A stretch of DNA of 64,000 nucleotides from Clostridia bacterium (GCA_045643205.1 JAZUKI010000003.1:160001-224000), one strand, 5' to 3'; positions 31,562 to 40,981 are shown, counted from the stretch's first letter. Notes: generated from the letters alone by a model not told the origin. Numbers and translations: made by a program.

Positions 31562-33382
31562 TTATAAATCTCCGTGCCCATCATCATGAAAATTGTTTTG
31601 CTTTTTGTTATCTGAAACATTTGAAGTTTCAGATACTGAATTATTTTCAATTGAAGTATCTATATTAGAAACAGCTTGTTCTTTTTTATTTATCAATGCT
31701 TTGAATTCATCACTATTTAAGTAGTTTGTAATGTCAGTAAGTTGCAAACTTTCTGGAACATTTAATGGTTCTCTTAATAGTTGATAAGTTGCAAATAAAT
31801 ATTTATTAACAAATGTATATAGCGGACTTTCTTTTGAAACTTCGATAACTTTCTTTAATTCTAAGTGTCTACTATCGTAAGTTGTAATCATTGTAGTTTC
31901 ATCAATTGCACGAGAATCCTCTTCAATAGAGAATGCAAAAGGTGTAATAAAATCAACTGCATCAATGAAGTCATTCCACTTTTCTGTATTTCCTTTAGGT
32001 GGAAGTATTGGAAGTGGAGGAATTGCTTTGAATTGATCGTGTGCACTAAATCCAGAAATTCCATCTCTTAATTGATTTTCAGTTTGTAATTGAATTTCTA
32101 CTCTTCCAACAGGTGTTTCTAAAACTATAAATCTTGCTCTATAACCATTTTCATTGTCTTTGTTTTTTTCTTCAACAACTTTGAAATTAAATCTTTGTAA
32201 TACTTTAGAATCTGTAAAAATCTTACGAACTTGATTACAGAAAATTGGGTAATAAACTAAGTCGTCATTAAGTTCTTTATATCTTGCTAAAACAGCCTCA
32301 AAGTCTGATTTGTATTTTCTTTTTGGATCATAAAACATTTTGAAAGCGTGATCAATTTGTAATTCTGCTTTTGAAAGATTTGAATCACCTAATCCAAGTG
32401 CATTTATTTTGTCTAATTTTGATTGAAGTAAGTCTTTCTTTGAATCAATAAAAGACATATACGCAGTGGCTTCAGGAGATACAACCTTTTTGATTGAATC
32501 TAACATTTTTATAAATTGATTATAGTAATCAGATGTTTTTATGTTTAATGAAGAAACATCTGCAATATCAGTTAAAGATTCTTGTACTGTTTTTTGAAAT
32601 TCAGAAATTTGTTGATCATTTTCAAGTTTCTTCTGCATTAAAGGATCATCACTTGGAAGAACCTCATCAGTAGAGTGTAGTATAAGTTTCATACCAAATA
32701 AGTCATTAACAGGTTTATCATTTTTATATGCTGAACGGTAAAAAATTTTTCCTAAAAAGCTGAATTGAGATTTAATTCTTGCAGAAGCAGTAATATGTGA
32801 TTTTGTATTTCTACTAAGCTCAAACATAATAGCATTTGCAAATCTAGTGAAGAATTCTTCAACTTGAGGCATGTCATCTGTTGGATAAATCTTAACTAAT
32901 CGTTTAAATAACTTTCTATAATCTGTTTGCCATACAGTAACAGGTGTATTTTCTGAAAGTACATTTTTTGCTAAACCTTTTTCAATCCCATTTGCTACAG
33001 TTGTATTAATATGTTTAGAAATAGGATTGCTAGGACCACCTGAAAACTTGTCTACAACATCTTTACTATTAGCATTATAAAAAATATTTGCATCTGGATT
33101 TAAAATAAAGTTGTATTTTCTACCTCTATATACTTTAGGCTTATCACTAGTTGAAGTAGATTGTTCTTTAACAGCTTTTTTTAAATCAATGATAGAATCA
33201 AATAAAGATGTTGTTTCAGCAACATATTTTAAATCATCACGAACAAACTCATAAAGTCTATCGGCATTTAAATCACTTAAAGTTGCATCTACATCTTCAC
33301 TTAAATTTGTGTTTGAAGTTTCGTTTATATCTTCGCTTGAATATTCAATTTCATTTAAATTTTTATCTTGATTTTCAGCCAT
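31562..33382 (-). CDS. Divergent RelA/SpoT synthetase-domain protein with large insertion
   Basis: RIKS..S...K (aa 202), DLFGMK (227), NGYRA (412), VEIQLQT (428), SAH (446). Confidence 0.7.
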   Translation of the reverse strand: MAENQDKNLNEIEYSSEDINETSNTNLSEDVDATLSDLNADRLYEFVRDDLKYVAETTSLFDSIIDLKKAVKEQSTSTSDKPKVYRGRKYNFILNPDANIFYNANSKDVVDKFSGGPSNPISKHINTTVANGIEKGLAKNVLSENTPVTVWQTDYRKLFKRLVKIYPTDDMPQVEEFFTRFANAIMFELSRNTKSHITASARIKSQFSFLGKIFYRSAYKNDKPVNDLFGMKLILHSTDEVLPSDDPLMQKKLENDQQISEFQKTVQESLTDIADVSSLNIKTSDYYNQFIKMLDSIKKVVSPEATAYMSFIDSKKDLLQSKLDKINALGLGDSNLSKAELQIDHAFKMFYDPKRKYKSDFEAVLARYKELNDDLVYYPIFCNQVRKIFTDSKVLQRFNFKVVEEKNKDNENGYRARFIVLETPVGRVEIQLQTENQLRDGISGFSAHDQFKAIPPLPILPPKGNTEKWNDFIDAVDFITPFAFSIEEDSRAIDETTMITTYDSRHLELKKVIEVSKESPLYTFVNKYLFATYQLLREPLNVPESLQLTDITNYLNSDEFKALINKKEQAVSNIDTSIENNSVSETSNVSDNKKQNNFHDDGHGDL

Positions 33383-33442
33383 AATAATCTCCTAACAATA
33401 CAATTATAGCATATTATTTAATAAAAATGAAATATGTATAAT

Positions 33443-33471
33443 TTGATTTTTTAATAGAAACATGGTATAAT
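33443..33471 (+). promoter_or_regulatory. Sigma-A promoter for OLE RNA
   Basis: TTGATT-17-TATAAT with extended -10 TG. Confidence 0.7.
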
Positions 33472-33480
33472 ATATTCCAT

Positions 33481-34013
33481 ATGGTACATTATTCTAGTCA
33501 TACACATTTTATGAGGATGGGCCTAAAAATCCATTAAAGGGCATATCGATGAAGTTTCATATAGTATGCGCATTTCTGCCAAGTTTGCGTGTCTATGTGG
33601 AGTAAAGAATTTAGGAGAATATGTAATGGCATATATATGTAATCCTATTTTCGCGGAGGCTTACTTATTTAAGTTAAACCTATATGTTTCAATATAGTGT
33701 AGCCCGTCTTGAGTGAATATTTTGGGATTGAAGATATTTACTGCAAACAATTTGGCCAATGCGTTTGCATCATGAAATAATATTTGCAAAAAAGACTAAT
33801 AAAATATGTAGTATGTTAAGGAAAACTTCTAGAATGCTTGCTTTAATAGAGAAAGCATTGAAGTCTAGGGATTAAGGTACGGATTTGAGTGGCGATCTGG
33901 TGTCTATTTTTAGATACACTTTTTAAATGGAAACGGCTTAACAGTAATGTTAAGTAGAGTGCAGAGAAATTCAACCAGACCTAAACCGTAAAATTTACTT
34001 AGACTTTAACCAT
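33481..34013 (+). ncRNA. ole: OLE RNA
   Basis: Conserved blocks ACACATTT..GAGGATGGGCC.AAAAATCC.TTAAAGGGCA.ATCGATGAAGTT, GTAGCC.G.CTTGAGTG, GGAAAAC.TCTAG, GGGATTAA.GT; ends can pair; oapA lies directly downstream. Confidence 0.9.
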
Positions 34014-34040
34014 TTTATTTATTTTAACAAGTAAATATAT

Positions 34041-34077
34041 AAAAATGCGGTTGATTAAGTTACAGCCGCTATTTTTT
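34041..34077 (+). terminator. Terminator-like hairpin between ole and oapA
   Basis: GCGGTTG-attaagtta-CAGCCGC followed by a T-run. Confidence 0.55.
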
Positions 34078-34093
34078 ACTAGAAAGGGAAATT

Positions 34094-34693
34094 GTGAAAA
34101 ACAAAATTGAAAACAAAGACTCAGACAGTTATGAGCTGAGTAAGAAGAATACTGAAGAAAAGAAGAAGAACGAAAACTCAAAGTGGTTTATAAAAGCATT
34201 TATTATAACTTTTATATTGTCATTATTATTTACATATATATCAACAAATGGAGTTTCAAATCTTGATTTAGTACCAGCTATAATAATTTTAATATTAATA
34301 ATATTAGTTGGTATTTTATTTGATATAATTGGTGTTGCAGTGCAAGTAGCAGACGAAGATGAATTCCATGCAAAAGCATCAAAGAAAATAAAAGGTTCAA
34401 AAACATCAATTAGATTAATTAAAAATGCAAATGTAGTTTCAAATGTATGCGCCGATGTTATAGGTGACGTTTGCGGAGTACTTAGTGGTTCGCTAGGTGC
34501 TTTAATAGCAATAAGATTGACAGAGATGTTTGGATGGCCTTCAGATGTTCAAACAATAGTAGGAGCATTAGTTGCAGCGTTAACAGTTAGTGGAAAGGCT
34601 TTAGGAAAAGGATTTGCAAAGAAAAATTCTACAAAGATTGTTCATGCAGCAGGAAAGATAATAAATAAATTTTCTTTTAAAAAAGAAAAATAA
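34094..34693 (+). CDS. oapA: OLE-associated protein A
   Basis: GILFDIIGVAV..A.E..FHA.ASKK..G, VSNVC.DVIGD.CGV.SG, ALTV.GKA.GK motifs; 4 TM. Confidence 0.9.
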   Translation: MKNKIENKDSDSYELSKKNTEEKKKNENSKWFIKAFIITFILSLLFTYISTNGVSNLDLVPAIIILILIILVGILFDIIGVAVQVADEDEFHAKASKKIKGSKTSIRLIKNANVVSNVCADVIGDVCGVLSGSLGALIAIRLTEMFGWPSDVQTIVGALVAALTVSGKALGKGFAKKNSTKIVHAAGKIINKFSFKKEK

Positions 34694-34751
34694 TTAAAGC
34701 ATAAAGAAAATACAAAAAATAAATAAAGAAAAATAAAAAAAGAAAAACAGA

Positions 34752-34784
34752 AATGGCGGTAAAACATGGTTTTACCGCTATTTT
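34752..34784 (+). terminator. oapA terminator
   Basis: AATGGCGGTAAAAC-atg-GTTTTACCGCTATTtt. Confidence 0.75.
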
Positions 34785-34785
34785 G

Positions 34786-34814
34786 TTGACATAATCCGGC
34801 AAAGGTGATAGAAT
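34786..34814 (+). promoter_or_regulatory. Strong sigma-A promoter
   Basis: TTGACA-17-TAGAAT with extended -10 TG. Confidence 0.75.
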
Positions 34815-34819
34815 AAGGG

Positions 34820-35135
34820 CCTATCAACTTTGATAGGGTCTGCAACTAGGAACCTGCAAGACATAAATTTAATATATATAGTTTTTCATAAGTTTTTTAC
34901 CTCCAAGGATATTATTATTATTATTATTATTATTTTTTTTTCTGTGTCCGTTTGCAAGTTGTAGTAATAAATAGGTTCCTAGTTAAAATTAAGAAGAATG
35001 GCCTTTATTCTTTTTATGGTAGGCCGAACAGCCACAAGTCTATAAGACGCAGTCGGCGCACCTAATTTGTGGGATAACAGGTTAGGCAAGATGAGTGGGT
35101 AGGAGGGGTTGTGAATACAACCCCTCTTACTGGTT
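34820..35135 (+). ncRNA. Candidate structured ncRNA of unrecognised family
   Basis: No + strand ORF in the track; own promoter; several stems including a perfect 12-bp 34844-34855/34973-34984; terminal hairpin GAGGGGTTGT-gaat-ACAACCCCTC. Confidence 0.55.
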
Positions 35136-35230
35136 TTATTAGTAAAATTAAATATGCGAAATTTTTAAATATAGAATATTGAAATTCAGACAAAGCGAAT
35201 TATAGAAAATAAAATAGTATAGGATAAAAT

Positions 35231-36454
35231 ATGGATAAGGAAAAAGAAAAATTATCTAAAAGAATAAGAAAGAAAGCTGTAACTTTTTTAACAATTGCAG
35301 GCATATCAATTGGTGGATCAGAATGTGCAGGGGGAATACCCGAGTACAAAGTTGATGCTAAAAGTGGTGTGCCTTATACTGAATTTTATTACAATAAAAA
35401 AGAAAACAATCTAAACAAGAGATACAGAGATTATTATGAAATTCTTTCAACAGAAAACAATTTAACAACTTTTAAAGAAACATTCTTAAATGATGATGGT
35501 TCAGTAGACATTGCTGTACCACAAGGAATTTGCCATATTGATAAATATACAATTATTACTGCATATAATGGAAACAAAAAATACAAATTGCAAAACATTA
35601 TATTAGGAGATGGAAGTGAAGAAGAAGAAAAATTAGAAGATTCACTAAGCTCTGATGATAGCGCAATGTTAATTGTTCTAAACAATGAAAACAATGAAGA
35701 GAGAAGATTAAAATTACCAGATGCAAATCATGTTGGTGGTATTGCAACTGATGGAAAAAAATTATACATAGCTAAAAGCGATGACTATGAAGTTTCAGTA
35801 ATAGATTATGAAAATTTTAAAAAGTGTATTGAAGAAAACAAAAATGAAATTGATTATGATGGAGTTTTCAAATGCGAAAACTTAGCATCTTACATAACAT
35901 ATGATGATAATAAATTATGGATAGGAACTTGGAAAAATAGTAATGTATTGGACTATGTAACTAAGTTATGCGGTTATGAAATTAATGGTGACAAGCTAGA
36001 AAAAGTTAATGAATACACAATTCCACAAAATTCAAACGGAGCTTGTTTCATAAATAGATACAACCAAAAATTATTAATGTTATCAATTTCAAATGGAAGA
36101 TACATGGATTCAATTTTGGTTGCATATAGAATTAATCAGGATAAAAATATTTTAGAAAAACTAGGACAGATAGTAGCTCCATCTTTATCAGAAACAATGG
36201 ATGTTGTTGGAGATGAGATGAATCTTTTATTTGAATCAGGTTCACTACTTTACAAAAAAACAACGAAACATCCAATTGAAGGTTACACAAAACTTAATAT
36301 AGATAAGATGTTTGAAAAGATTCTTGAGCAAAAAGAATTGAATCATGGTCAATCAATGAAGCAAATATACAAAATAGATAAGTATATAGAAGATCCAAGA
36401 AAAGAAGAGTCTGATGAGGATGAAAAATCAGATGATGATGAAAAAGAAAAGTAA
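35231..36454 (+). CDS. Hypothetical beta-propeller-like protein with acidic tail
   Basis: VPQGIC, HVGGIATDG..LYIA and beta repeats; ends DDDEKEK. Confidence 0.65.
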   Translation: MDKEKEKLSKRIRKKAVTFLTIAGISIGGSECAGGIPEYKVDAKSGVPYTEFYYNKKENNLNKRYRDYYEILSTENNLTTFKETFLNDDGSVDIAVPQGICHIDKYTIITAYNGNKKYKLQNIILGDGSEEEEKLEDSLSSDDSAMLIVLNNENNEERRLKLPDANHVGGIATDGKKLYIAKSDDYEVSVIDYENFKKCIEENKNEIDYDGVFKCENLASYITYDDNKLWIGTWKNSNVLDYVTKLCGYEINGDKLEKVNEYTIPQNSNGACFINRYNQKLLMLSISNGRYMDSILVAYRINQDKNILEKLGQIVAPSLSETMDVVGDEMNLLFESGSLLYKKTTKHPIEGYTKLNIDKMFEKILEQKELNHGQSMKQIYKIDKYIEDPRKEESDEDEKSDDDEKEK

Positions 36455-36571
36455 AAATTTAACAAAATAAGGTAATTTGTGGTATAATAGAAGTGTAACA
36501 TTTTTTTGATTACTCCAATGCAACATCCGGAGGACATTATATTAGCCTGAATAGGCAAGGAGGACAAAACT

Positions 36572-36772
36572 ATGAAAGAGGAAAAAAATTATTACGAAGA
36601 AGTGTTTACCTCACAGGAACTCGATTCTTTTGGAGCTGCTGAACGCAAATTAGAGGCAGTTAGAGCCGAACACAGTGAAGAGGCAGGATGGGTTGAGCTT
36701 GAAACACGTATTACAGAGCTTCCTAATGGTAAGTTCATTATGGAAAGAAAACACCGTAAATACTATAATTAA
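36572..36772 (+). CDS. Small hypothetical protein
   Basis: AAGGAGG RBS, upstream TGgTATAAT, downstream terminator at 36784-36823. Confidence 0.65.
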   Translation: MKEEKNYYEEVFTSQELDSFGAAERKLEAVRAEHSEEAGWVELETRITELPNGKFIMERKHRKYYN

Positions 36773-36825
36773 TATTTTTCCTTAAAAAGGGGACTTCCAC
36801 TGAGGTGGAGGTTCTCTTTTTTTGC

Positions 36826-36903
36826 TTAAATTTTGGATTAAATTTTGGGTTAAATTCGGAGTCAAATTTGAGGTTAAATTTGGGGTTAAATTTGGGGTCA
36901 AAA
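36826..36903. repeat. 12-bp tandem repeat, about 6.5 copies
   Basis: ttaaattttgga ttaaattttggg ttaaattcggag tcaaatttgagg ttaaatttgggg ttaaatttgggg tcaaaa. Confidence 0.85.
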
Positions 36904-36932
36904 AATAGGAACTTAAAGAAAACACAGCCAAC

Positions 36933-36989
36933 TTGACATAATTTTAAAACCATAGTACAATAATACTTATTGGAAATCATTTTCATTAA
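36933..36989 (+). promoter_or_regulatory. Promoter with Fur-family 7-1-7 box
   Basis: TTGACA-17-TACAAT followed by TGGAAAT-C-ATTTTCA (36971-36985). Confidence 0.7.
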
Positions 36990-37076
36990 GAAAATAAAAA
37001 ATTTGTCAGAGAATTATTTGAAATTTATCTGAGACAATATAAAGCTTACAAAAATGAAATTCATTAAGGAAAGAAT

Positions 37077-37472
37077 ATGGAAAGAAATACAAAACAAAAA
37101 GAATTAGTAATTGAATATTTAAAAAAGCATAGTGATAAACATATGACTATAGTTGAAATTCAAAAAGGATTAAAAAATAAAGTTCCAATGACAACTCTAT
37201 ATAGAATTATAAATCACTTGATTCAAAAAGGATTTGTAATTAAAAAACCATTTGAAAACAAACAAGGTGCTTGCTACAAGTTTAATGATAAAGAAGAAAA
37301 GTGTGATAATCACTATCACTTGATTTGCGAAAAATGTAATAAATTATTGCACTATGAAAGCGAAGTTCTTGAAGAAGTTGAAAAGCAAATTAAAAAAGAT
37401 AAAAATTTTGATATTGATAATTCAAAAGTAGTTTTTTACGGAATTTGCAAAGAATGCAAGGGAGAGAATTAG
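37077..37472 (+). CDS. Fur-family regulator (Zur-like)
   Basis: TTLYR, HYHLICEKC, YGICKEC. Confidence 0.92.
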   Translation: MERNTKQKELVIEYLKKHSDKHMTIVEIQKGLKNKVPMTTLYRIINHLIQKGFVIKKPFENKQGACYKFNDKEEKCDNHYHLICEKCNKLLHYESEVLEEVEKQIKKDKNFDIDNSKVVFYGICKECKGEN

Positions 37473-38462
37473 ATGAAAAAAGTTGGGATTGGAATAATTA
37501 CAGTAATAATAGCAGCATACATAATTGTTGTGGTTATAATTAATATTAATAAAGGCCCGAAAGAAGAAAGTAACAAAACAAAAATAGTTACATCATTTTA
37601 TCCAGTATATGTAATGACTTTGAATATAACAAAAGGTGCAGAAAATGTGGAAGTTAGCAACATGGCTGAACATTTAACTGGTTGCATCCATGACTATACT
37701 TTAACAACAGAGGATTTGAAAAAGTTTGAAAAGGCTAGCATATTTATTCAAAATGGAGCGGGCTTAGAAAATTTCACCGACAAAATTTTAAATTCATATC
37801 AAAATATAAAGGTGATAAGTGCTGCGGAAAATGTGCAAAACTTTATTTGTGAAGGACACGACCATGATTCACACGACAACGAGGAACAACACGAACACAA
37901 TGCCGATGAAGAAAATGTTCATAATCATGAAGAATCACACGATCACGATGAAGAATGTAATTCACATATTTGGTTGAGTATTGAAAATTATATTTCAGAA
38001 GTTGAAAAGATTTATGAAAAATTAAGCGAATATGATAGCAAAAACAAAGAAACATATTTAAATAATAAAAATACATATATCGAGAAACTAAATGCTTTAA
38101 AAATAAAATATAAAGGATTGGAGAACATACAAAACAAAGGTGCAATTTGTTTAGATGAAGCATTAGTTTATTTACTTGATGAAGTTGGAATGAAATATGA
38201 AATAGTAGAAACAGATCATGAGCAATCTTCAATTTCAGCTAATCAAATAAAAGAATTAATAAATCAAATGAAGAAAGAAAACATTACAAGCATATTTATT
38301 GAAAAAGATGGAGACACAAAAGTGGCTGAAACTCTAGCAAAAGAAACAGGAGCAAAAATTTACAAATTAGATGCAGAAATGAATCCTAGCAAAAATTATG
38401 AAGACATTAATGCATATATTGAAGCAATGGAATTTAATTATAAAGTTTTAAGTGAGGTTTAA
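37473..38462 (+). CDS. znuA: Zn/Mn ABC transporter substrate-binding protein
   Basis: VTSFYP, HDY, NGAGLE, His/acidic loop, HIWLS. Confidence 0.88.
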   Translation: MKKVGIGIITVIIAAYIIVVVIININKGPKEESNKTKIVTSFYPVYVMTLNITKGAENVEVSNMAEHLTGCIHDYTLTTEDLKKFEKASIFIQNGAGLENFTDKILNSYQNIKVISAAENVQNFICEGHDHDSHDNEEQHEHNADEENVHNHEESHDHDEECNSHIWLSIENYISEVEKIYEKLSEYDSKNKETYLNNKNTYIEKLNALKIKYKGLENIQNKGAICLDEALVYLLDEVGMKYEIVETDHEQSSISANQIKELINQMKKENITSIFIEKDGDTKVAETLAKETGAKIYKLDAEMNPSKNYEDINAYIEAMEFNYKVLSEV

Positions 38463-38467
38463 TAAAA

Positions 38468-39196
38468 ATGAAAGAAGAAGCATGCGGTTTGCATTGCACA
38501 AAAATTAAAGACATGACAGTCGTTATAGAAGGAAAGAAAATAGTTGATGATGTTAGCTTACATATTCATTGTGGCCAATTAACAATGATCATTGGAAAAA
38601 ACGGAGCAGGAAAATCAACTTTATTAAAAGCAATTCTTAACGAAATTAAGCACACAGGAACTGTGGAATTTGTGGATTTAAAAGAGAAACAACAAAAAAA
38701 CATCAAGATTGGATATGTTCCACAACAACTAAATGTAGAACGCGACATGCCAACAACAGTTTATGATATGTTTGCATCATACATTTCAAACAGTCCAGTT
38801 TGTTTTAGAAAAAATAAAAAATTATATGAAAAGATAAAAGAAAACTTATCACACTTTGATGCTGATAAATTAATTGATAAAAGAGTTGGAAACTTATCTG
38901 GAGGAGAACTTCAAAGAGTTTTATTAGCAATTGCAACAACACCAATTCCTAACTTATTAATTTTAGATGAACCAGTTTCAGGAATAGATGTAAACGGAAT
39001 AAAAGATTTCTATGAAATTCTAGTTAAACTTAAGGATGAGTATGACATGTCGATTGTGCTTGTTTCACACGATTTGAATCTAGTTAGAAAGTTTGCTGAC
39101 AAAGTAATTTTGTTAGATAAAAAAGTTTTAAAAGAAGGAAAACCAGAAGAAGTTTTTGAAAGCGAAGAATTTAAAAATATTTTTGGAAACATGTAA
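38468..39196 (+). CDS. znuC: Metal ABC transporter ATPase
   Basis: GKNGAGKS, IGYVPQ, LSGGELQR, LDEP..G.D. Confidence 0.88.
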   Translation: MKEEACGLHCTKIKDMTVVIEGKKIVDDVSLHIHCGQLTMIIGKNGAGKSTLLKAILNEIKHTGTVEFVDLKEKQQKNIKIGYVPQQLNVERDMPTTVYDMFASYISNSPVCFRKNKKLYEKIKENLSHFDADKLIDKRVGNLSGGELQRVLLAIATTPIPNLLILDEPVSGIDVNGIKDFYEILVKLKDEYDMSIVLVSHDLNLVRKFADKVILLDKKVLKEGKPEEVFESEEFKNIFGNM

Positions 39197-39208
39197 AGGA
39201 GAGAAAAA

Positions 39209-40048
39209 ATGGATGTAATTTATAATGTTCTTGAAACAATAATGCCGTTTGAATTTATGACATTCACATTTATGAAAAACGCATTTCTAGCAATCATTTT
39301 AGTTTCTCCAATTTTCGCAATATTAGGAACAATGATTGTAAATAAAAAAATGGCTTTCTTTTCAGATGCACTAGGACATTCAGCATTGGCTGGAATTGCA
39401 ATTGGAATGCTATTAGGAATAACAAATATAAACATTTCAATGATAATTTTTGCAGTTGTTTTTGCACTATTATTAAATATTATAAAAAGCAAAACAACAT
39501 ATGGTGCTGATACAATTATTAGTGTGTTTTCATCAATTGCAATTGCTTTGGGATTAGCAATACTTGCACAAAGCGGAGATTTTAACAAATATTCAAGTTA
39601 TTTAATTGGCGATATTTTAAGTATCAATCAAAGTGAAATTTTATATTTAGTAATAGCATTTGTACTAGTACTAGTTTTCTGGATATTCATGTTCAACAAA
39701 ATAAATGCAGTTACAATTAATCCAGCACTAGCAAAAACAAAGGGAATAAAGACAAAGGTAGTAGATAATATATTTGCAGTTGTAATCGCAATCATGGTTA
39801 TGATTTCTATTAGATGGATTGGAATTTTATTAATTAATTCAATGATGATTCTTCCAGCTGCATCAAGTAGAAATGTTGCAAAGAATATGAGAAGTTACTA
39901 TGCTTATGCAATTATATTTGGTTTAGTATCAGGAATTGCAGGACTAATAATTTCATACTTTATAAATATACCAACAGGCCCAATGATAGTAATTATACTT
40001 GGAATAATTTATTTCATTACATTTATTATTAAGAAAGTAAGAAATTAA
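39209..40048 (+). CDS. znuB: Metal ABC transporter permease
   Basis: DALGHSALAG, YLIGDIL, PTGP motifs. Confidence 0.88.
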   Translation: MDVIYNVLETIMPFEFMTFTFMKNAFLAIILVSPIFAILGTMIVNKKMAFFSDALGHSALAGIAIGMLLGITNINISMIIFAVVFALLLNIIKSKTTYGADTIISVFSSIAIALGLAILAQSGDFNKYSSYLIGDILSINQSEILYLVIAFVLVLVFWIFMFNKINAVTINPALAKTKGIKTKVVDNIFAVVIAIMVMISIRWIGILLINSMMILPAASSRNVAKNMRSYYAYAIIFGLVSGIAGLIISYFINIPTGPMIVIILGIIYFITFIIKKVRN

Positions 40049-40162
40049 AAATTTGTTGTGATATAATCTTAACAAATAGTAAACTTGGGCAATTAGCTCA
40101 AATAATGTTAGTTTAGGCAAAATTTAAAAGAACAATATAAACAAAAGAAAATGGAGGCACAT

Positions 40163-40981
40163 ATGAAAAATGTTGTAATAACAGGTAGTGCAAGAGGTTT
40201 TGGTTACGCAATGTTAAAATTGTTTCATCAAGATGGTTACAATGTAGTTATGATTGATATGAACGAGGAGGCACTTGAAAAATCAAAGGCGAAAATTAAA
40301 TCAAGCGAAGGCGAAGGGAAAGTTTTAGCTTACAAGTGCGACATCACAAATGCTGATGAAGTAAAAGTTTTAATTGATAATGTTGTAGAAACATTAGGCA
40401 GCATCGACATTTGGATTAACAATGCAGGAGTAAATCAAGAAATGGTTTCAATATGGGAACTTGATGTTGCCGACATAAATAGATTGATAGATATCGATTT
40501 AAAAGGAACAATTAATTGCTCAAATTTAGTTATGAAACAAATGGAAAAGCAAAATGCAGGACAAATTTATAATGTTGAAGGATTTGGATCTGATGATGCA
40601 AAACAATTTGGACTTTCAATTTATGGAACTGCAAAACGTGCAGTAACATATTTTACGGAAGCACTTGCTTTTGAAGTTGATGAGAAAAAATTAAATATTC
40701 AAGTTGGAAAAATTACTCCGGGTATAATGATTACAAATTTTATTAATCATTCTTTAGGAGATAAGAAAGAGATTGAATTAAGTGAAAAAGTAAAAATGGT
40801 TTATAACATTCTAGGAGATAGACCAGAAACAATTGCAAAATTTATGGTTGAAAGGATAGAAAAAAATAAAAAGAACAATGCAAAGCTTACATGGCTAACA
40901 AAGGGAAGAGCATTTGGAAGATTTATGAAAGCTCCATTTAAGAAGAACAATTACTTTTTGGAAGCGGGCAAAGGCGAATAG
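40163..40981 (+). CDS. Short-chain dehydrogenase/reductase
   Basis: ITGSARGFG, NNAG, YGTAK; GGAGG before ATG at 40163. Confidence 0.9.
   Translation: MKNVVITGSARGFGYAMLKLFHQDGYNVVMIDMNEEALEKSKAKIKSSEGEGKVLAYKCDITNADEVKVLIDNVVETLGSIDIWINNAGVNQEMVSIWELDVADINRLIDIDLKGTINCSNLVMKQMEKQNAGQIYNVEGFGSDDAKQFGLSIYGTAKRAVTYFTEALAFEVDEKKLNIQVGKITPGIMITNFINHSLGDKKEIELSEKVKMVYNILGDRPETIAKFMVERIEKNKKNNAKLTWLTKGRAFGRFMKAPFKKNNYFLEAGKGE

Noticed and set aside
33999-34181. Minus-strand ORF over the OLE 3' end and oapA start
   Set aside because: Antisense to well-supported features, with no protein-like motif
34820-35135. tmRNA, RNase P or SRP RNA
   Set aside because: No tRNA-like ends, GAGGAAAGTCC or SRP GGAA tetraloop motifs were found
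36738-36986. Minus-strand 82-aa ORF with FNPK repeats
   Set aside because: By-product of the 12-bp tandem repeat; overlaps a terminator and a promoter
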